Source: Candidatus Saccharimonadota bacterium (GTDB taxonomy: Bacteria; Patescibacteriota; Saccharimonadia; Saccharimonadales; Saccharimonadaceae). Taken from it: DNA of 64,000 nucleotides. The position numbers were made by a program, and so were the translations under genes. How positions within the stretch are numbered: the first letter of the stretch is position 1; each line of letters starts with the position of its first letter. The stretch lies in assembly GCA_027450165.1 (NCBI GenBank), contig DAIDKE010000001.1, forward strand, positions 70,373 to 134,372, given 5' to 3'. Below are positions 61,430 to 64,000 of the stretch, piece after piece. The notes below the pieces were generated by a model, which did no database searches, was not told where the DNA came from, and was given only the letters and a program-made list of their open reading frames with translations.

Positions 61430-61456
61430 TTGGCACTCTTTCAAACCGAGTGCTAG
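61430..61456. promoter_or_regulatory. CIRCE-like operator (1 mismatch per arm) upstream of hrcA
   Basis: TTGGCACTC-tttcaaacc-GAGTGCTAG. Confidence 0.7.
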
Positions 61457-61457
61457 A

Positions 61458-62186
61458 TTAAGCGTGCTGGCTTTTGATTTCTTCAAGCAGGTGAGCAGCT
61501 AACTCGCGAATTTCGACATCTTTATGGTGCATCGATTCTGGCTTGCGCGCAATCTCTTCGGCCACCCGCACCGTTCGTTCTAAATCATCATTGATAATGA
61601 AGTGGTAATACGGCGTAGCAATGGCTTTTTCGAGTTCCATAATGGCACTTTCGTGGCGCCGCGGAAACTCGGCCTCGAATTCTTCAGCCGACGCATAACG
61701 GTGCGACAAACGCTCACGCCAAACATCATAACTTGGCGGCAAAATAAAGATTGCGATCACTTGATCAGACATGTTTTTATATTCGGCTACACCCTGAACG
61801 TCAACATCGGTAACCGCGATTTTATTCTCATCATGAATTCGCTGCACTTCGGCGACCGACGTCCCATAAACCGTGCCGTGAACAAACTTAACCTCGATAA
61901 ATTCATGATTATCAACCATGCGCTCAGCCGTCTGAAGATCAACGAAGTGATAGTCAACGTCTTCAATTTCCGTCACGCCGTTGTTGCTGCGTGGCGCACG
62001 CGTAGTGTGCGAAACGACATCGCTAAAAATCGGCTTCTGCAATAAACGATGTTTAACCGTATCTTTACCGGCACCAGAAATCCCAACCAATAAGACAATT
62101 TTTGTGTTCTTAACTAATTCAGCAGCTTCGGGCGACGCCGCGTAATCAGTAATTTTTTGCTCTAAATCCATGACCAAGTATAGCAC
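61458..62186 (-). CDS. gmk: guanylate kinase family protein
   Basis: P-loop GISGAGKDT and SHTTRAPRSNNGVTEIEDVDYHFV. The track start (62186) is a GTG overlapping the lepA stop. An alternative ATG lies at 62171. Confidence 0.75.
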   Translation of the reverse strand: MLYLVMDLEQKITDYAASPEAAELVKNTKIVLLVGISGAGKDTVKHRLLQKPIFSDVVSHTTRAPRSNNGVTEIEDVDYHFVDLQTAERMVDNHEFIEVKFVHGTVYGTSVAEVQRIHDENKIAVTDVDVQGVAEYKNMSDQVIAIFILPPSYDVWRERLSHRYASAEEFEAEFPRRHESAIMELEKAIATPYYHFIINDDLERTVRVAEEIARKPESMHHKDVEIRELAAHLLEEIKSQHA

Positions 62187-63151
62187 TAGTCGCGCTTGAG
62201 CATCACCATAAACGCTTCAGAAGGAATATCAACCTTGCCGAAACGTTTCATACGCTTTTTACCCTTGGCCTGTTTGGCGAGCAGCTTCTTTTTACGCGAA
62301 ACATCACCGCCGTACAAATAGCCGGTCACGTCTTTGCGATAAGCGCCGATGTTTTCGCGGGCAATAAATTTACCGCCAATGCCAGCTTGCAAACTAACTT
62401 CAAAGCTCTGGCGCGGCACGACTTCTTTGAGTTTTTTAACAATATCGCGGCCAAGTGCCAACGATTCTGAACGGTGCGCCATCACCGAAAGTGCATCAAC
62501 CATTTCACCGGACACATAAAAATCAACCCGCACTAAATCTTCGGCGCGATAATCATCGAGCTCGTAGTTAAACGAACCGTAGCCACTAGTAATCGACTTT
62601 AGCTGATCATAAAAATCAGTTAGCAAATTGGCCAGCGGCGCTTCAAAACTAATCAGCGCCCGCTCGTCGATATAACTTAGATTGTTTTGGCGGCCGCGCT
62701 TGTTCACGATCAGCTGAATTACCGGACCAATAAATTGCTGCGGCACCACAATCTCACCCTTAATCCACGGCTCACGAATTTCGCGCACCTTTGAAACATC
62801 CGGCAACTCACTGGCGCTCTTGATATCCAGCTCTTCGCCGCTGGTCAGCGTCACTTGGTAATCGGTCGATGGGTTAGTGACCACCAAATCCAAATCATAT
62901 TCGCGCTCCAAACGTTCACGCACAATGTCCATGTGCAGCAAACCCAAGAAGCCAATTCGCACACCAAAACCAAGCACTGGCGAATTCTCAAGTTCAAACT
63001 GCAGCGCCGAATCGCTAAGGCTCAATTTCTCAACGGCGTCTTTTAAATCCTGATAATCGTCATTACTAACCGGAAAAAACCCGGCATAAACAAACGGTTT
63101 GACGTCTTTGTACCCAGGTAGCGGCTCAACGGCAGTACGCATTCCTATCAT
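62186..63151 (-). CDS. lepA: elongation factor 4 (LepA), C-terminal fragment (domains III-V and the LepA C-terminal domain)
   Basis: 321 aa. MIGMR-TAVEPLPGYKDVKPFVYAGFFPVSNDDYQDLKDAVEKLSLSDSAL...GFLGLLHMDIVRERLEREYDLDLV...YGGDVSRKKKLLAKQAKGKKRMK. Confidence 0.85.
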   Translation of the reverse strand: MIGMRTAVEPLPGYKDVKPFVYAGFFPVSNDDYQDLKDAVEKLSLSDSALQFELENSPVLGFGVRIGFLGLLHMDIVRERLEREYDLDLVVTNPSTDYQVTLTSGEELDIKSASELPDVSKVREIREPWIKGEIVVPQQFIGPVIQLIVNKRGRQNNLSYIDERALISFEAPLANLLTDFYDQLKSITSGYGSFNYELDDYRAEDLVRVDFYVSGEMVDALSVMAHRSESLALGRDIVKKLKEVVPRQSFEVSLQAGIGGKFIARENIGAYRKDVTGYLYGGDVSRKKKLLAKQAKGKKRMKRFGKVDIPSEAFMVMLKRD

Positions 63152-63558
63152 TGAATTTTCCCTAAATCTCCACCAATGACAACTGGTGCAAAGCCATGAA
63201 TTTCATCATATAAAATACCGTCCGGAATGTCGTTCCAAAGGAATATCGACTTGCCAAGTGAAAAAGCATCATACAATTCCAAAAATGTCGCACCACCGAT
63301 GTAATTAGCCTGTCCGTGTTTTTCGAAATTTAATGCCAAAACGGCATCAACCTCATTCGTTACCCTTCGGCTGCGCTCAAACATCTTTTTCTTGAACTCA
63401 CGATGAGCGTCTTCACTTAAGCTCTGCGATTCCTTTTCGGCGTTAGGGTTGTCGTAGCTATTAGGCAACGTAATCTCGTGGCCATGCTTTTCCAGCTCGT
63501 CTTTAATCGGCGGAATTTGGTCGTAGAAGGCTTTGGAGCAAATAACAAATATTTTCAT
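63148..63558 (-). CDS. 136-aa ORF inserted inside lepA (possible nucleoside 2-deoxyribosyltransferase-like / SLOG fold)
   Basis: GAGG SD overlaps the upstream TGA, and ATGA overlaps the downstream lepA fragment. MKIFVICSKAFYDQ...VDAVLALN...ANYIGGATFLELYDAFSLGKSIFLW looks like a Rossmann/flavodoxin-type layout. The fold call is weak. Confidence 0.55.
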   Translation of the reverse strand: MKIFVICSKAFYDQIPPIKDELEKHGHEITLPNSYDNPNAEKESQSLSEDAHREFKKKMFERSRRVTNEVDAVLALNFEKHGQANYIGGATFLELYDAFSLGKSIFLWNDIPDGILYDEIHGFAPVVIGGDLGKIQ

Positions 63559-63566
63559 CTATTACC

Positions 63567-64000
63567 TCAATAATACCTCTGTAGCGTTACCGTGTCACCA
63601 ACCTTAGCGTCGCGTGTGGTGTGCAGATTGGTTACTATATAGCCAATCTCACCAGTTCCAAGCCGCGGATCGGGTGTCATTTTTGGCGCTAAATGCCCAA
63701 CCTCAAGTGCCACGCCGCGGGCGTCGGTAGCCATCATGTGAATTTCATCGCTTTTGGCAATTGTGCCATCGACGACACGCACATACAAAACCACGCCACG
63801 GTAATCGTCAAAATAACTGTCGAAAATTAATGCCCGCGTCGGTTTATTTGAATCGCCTTTTGGAGCTGGGATTTTTTCGACAATCGTACGCAGCACTTCA
63901 TCAACACCAGCACCGGTTTTGGCGCTGATTTTAATAATATCTTCGGGCTTGCAACCTAATAGATTAATAACTTCGGCACTCACCCGTTCGACATCGGCCG
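63567..64000 (-). CDS. lepA: elongation factor 4 (LepA), N-terminal fragment (end of G domain + domain II); 5' end outside the window
   Basis: ...ADVERVSAEVINLLGCKPEDIIKISAKTGAGVDEVLRTIVEKIPAPKGD...ALIFDSYFDDYRGVV...AKVGDTVTLQRYY*. The reading frame is open to the window edge. Confidence 0.85.
   Translation of the reverse strand, partial: ADVERVSAEVINLLGCKPEDIIKISAKTGAGVDEVLRTIVEKIPAPKGDSNKPTRALIFDSYFDDYRGVVLYVRVVDGTIAKSDEIHMMATDARGVALEVGHLAPKMTPDPRLGTGEIGYIVTNLHTTRDAKVGDTVTLQRYY

Noticed and set aside
1-64000. Alternative genetic code (UGA recoding, as in some CPR lineages), integrases/transposases, prophage structural genes, rRNA genes
   Set aside because: Standard-code translation gives full-length DnaK, RecA, NrdD, PilB and others, with TGA used as a genuine stop. 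I recognised no integrase, transposase, capsid/terminase or rRNA-like sequence.

Overview
This is a dense bacterial window (roughly 90% coding, about 50% GC, standard genetic code). I can support about 66 CDS and 8 tRNA genes, and I found no rRNA, CRISPR array, integrase or transposase.

Recognisable core genes:
- Cell wall: murB, an HTH-murA fusion, murT/gatD, and a CHAP hydrolase.
- Type IV pilus without a secretin: pilB-pilC-pilM-pilN-pilO plus six prepilin-type genes.
- DNA repair and uptake: recA/recX, ruvC-ruvA-(unknown)-ruvB, comEC.
- Anaerobic ribonucleotide reductase (nrdD-nrdG).
- rny, tsaE and a short tsaB, glyA, bcp, rimK.
- The CIRCE/HrcA heat-shock regulon (hrcA-grpE ... dnaK ... 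dnaJ).

The gene content fits a small-genome, Gram-positive-type CPR/Patescibacteria organism, plausibly Saccharibacteria. That placement is inference only, because I could not run any homology search.

Most noteworthy observations:
1. lepA (EF4) is cleanly split at the domain II/III linker by a translationally coupled 136-aa ORF.
2. A PD-(D/E)xK, polymorphic-toxin-like nuclease ORF sits between grpE and dnaK.
3. A 60-70% GC foreign block (GNAT plus CDP-alcohol phosphatidyltransferase) lies between dnaK and dnaJ. Two more small GC-rich islets each carry a tiny ORF.
4. A DNA-hypermodification-like (aGPT-Pplase-like) gene is interrupted by a +1 frameshift in a T6 run.
5. A 702-aa prepilin carries an FN3 domain and three tail-fibre-like repeats and is a candidate pilus-tip adhesin.
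6. nrdD and nrdG are extended by an FNR-like flavoprotein and a very acidic protein with a CX5CX2CX5C motif.
7. A membrane-anchored double-AAA+ Clp-like ATPase has a degenerate D1 Walker B.
8. An AT-rich unknown gene is inserted between ruvA and ruvB.
9. A lamin-tail-domain surface protein with 4 Cys repeats lies near a ComEC that lacks the MBL domain.

All family assignments come from motif recognition by eye.
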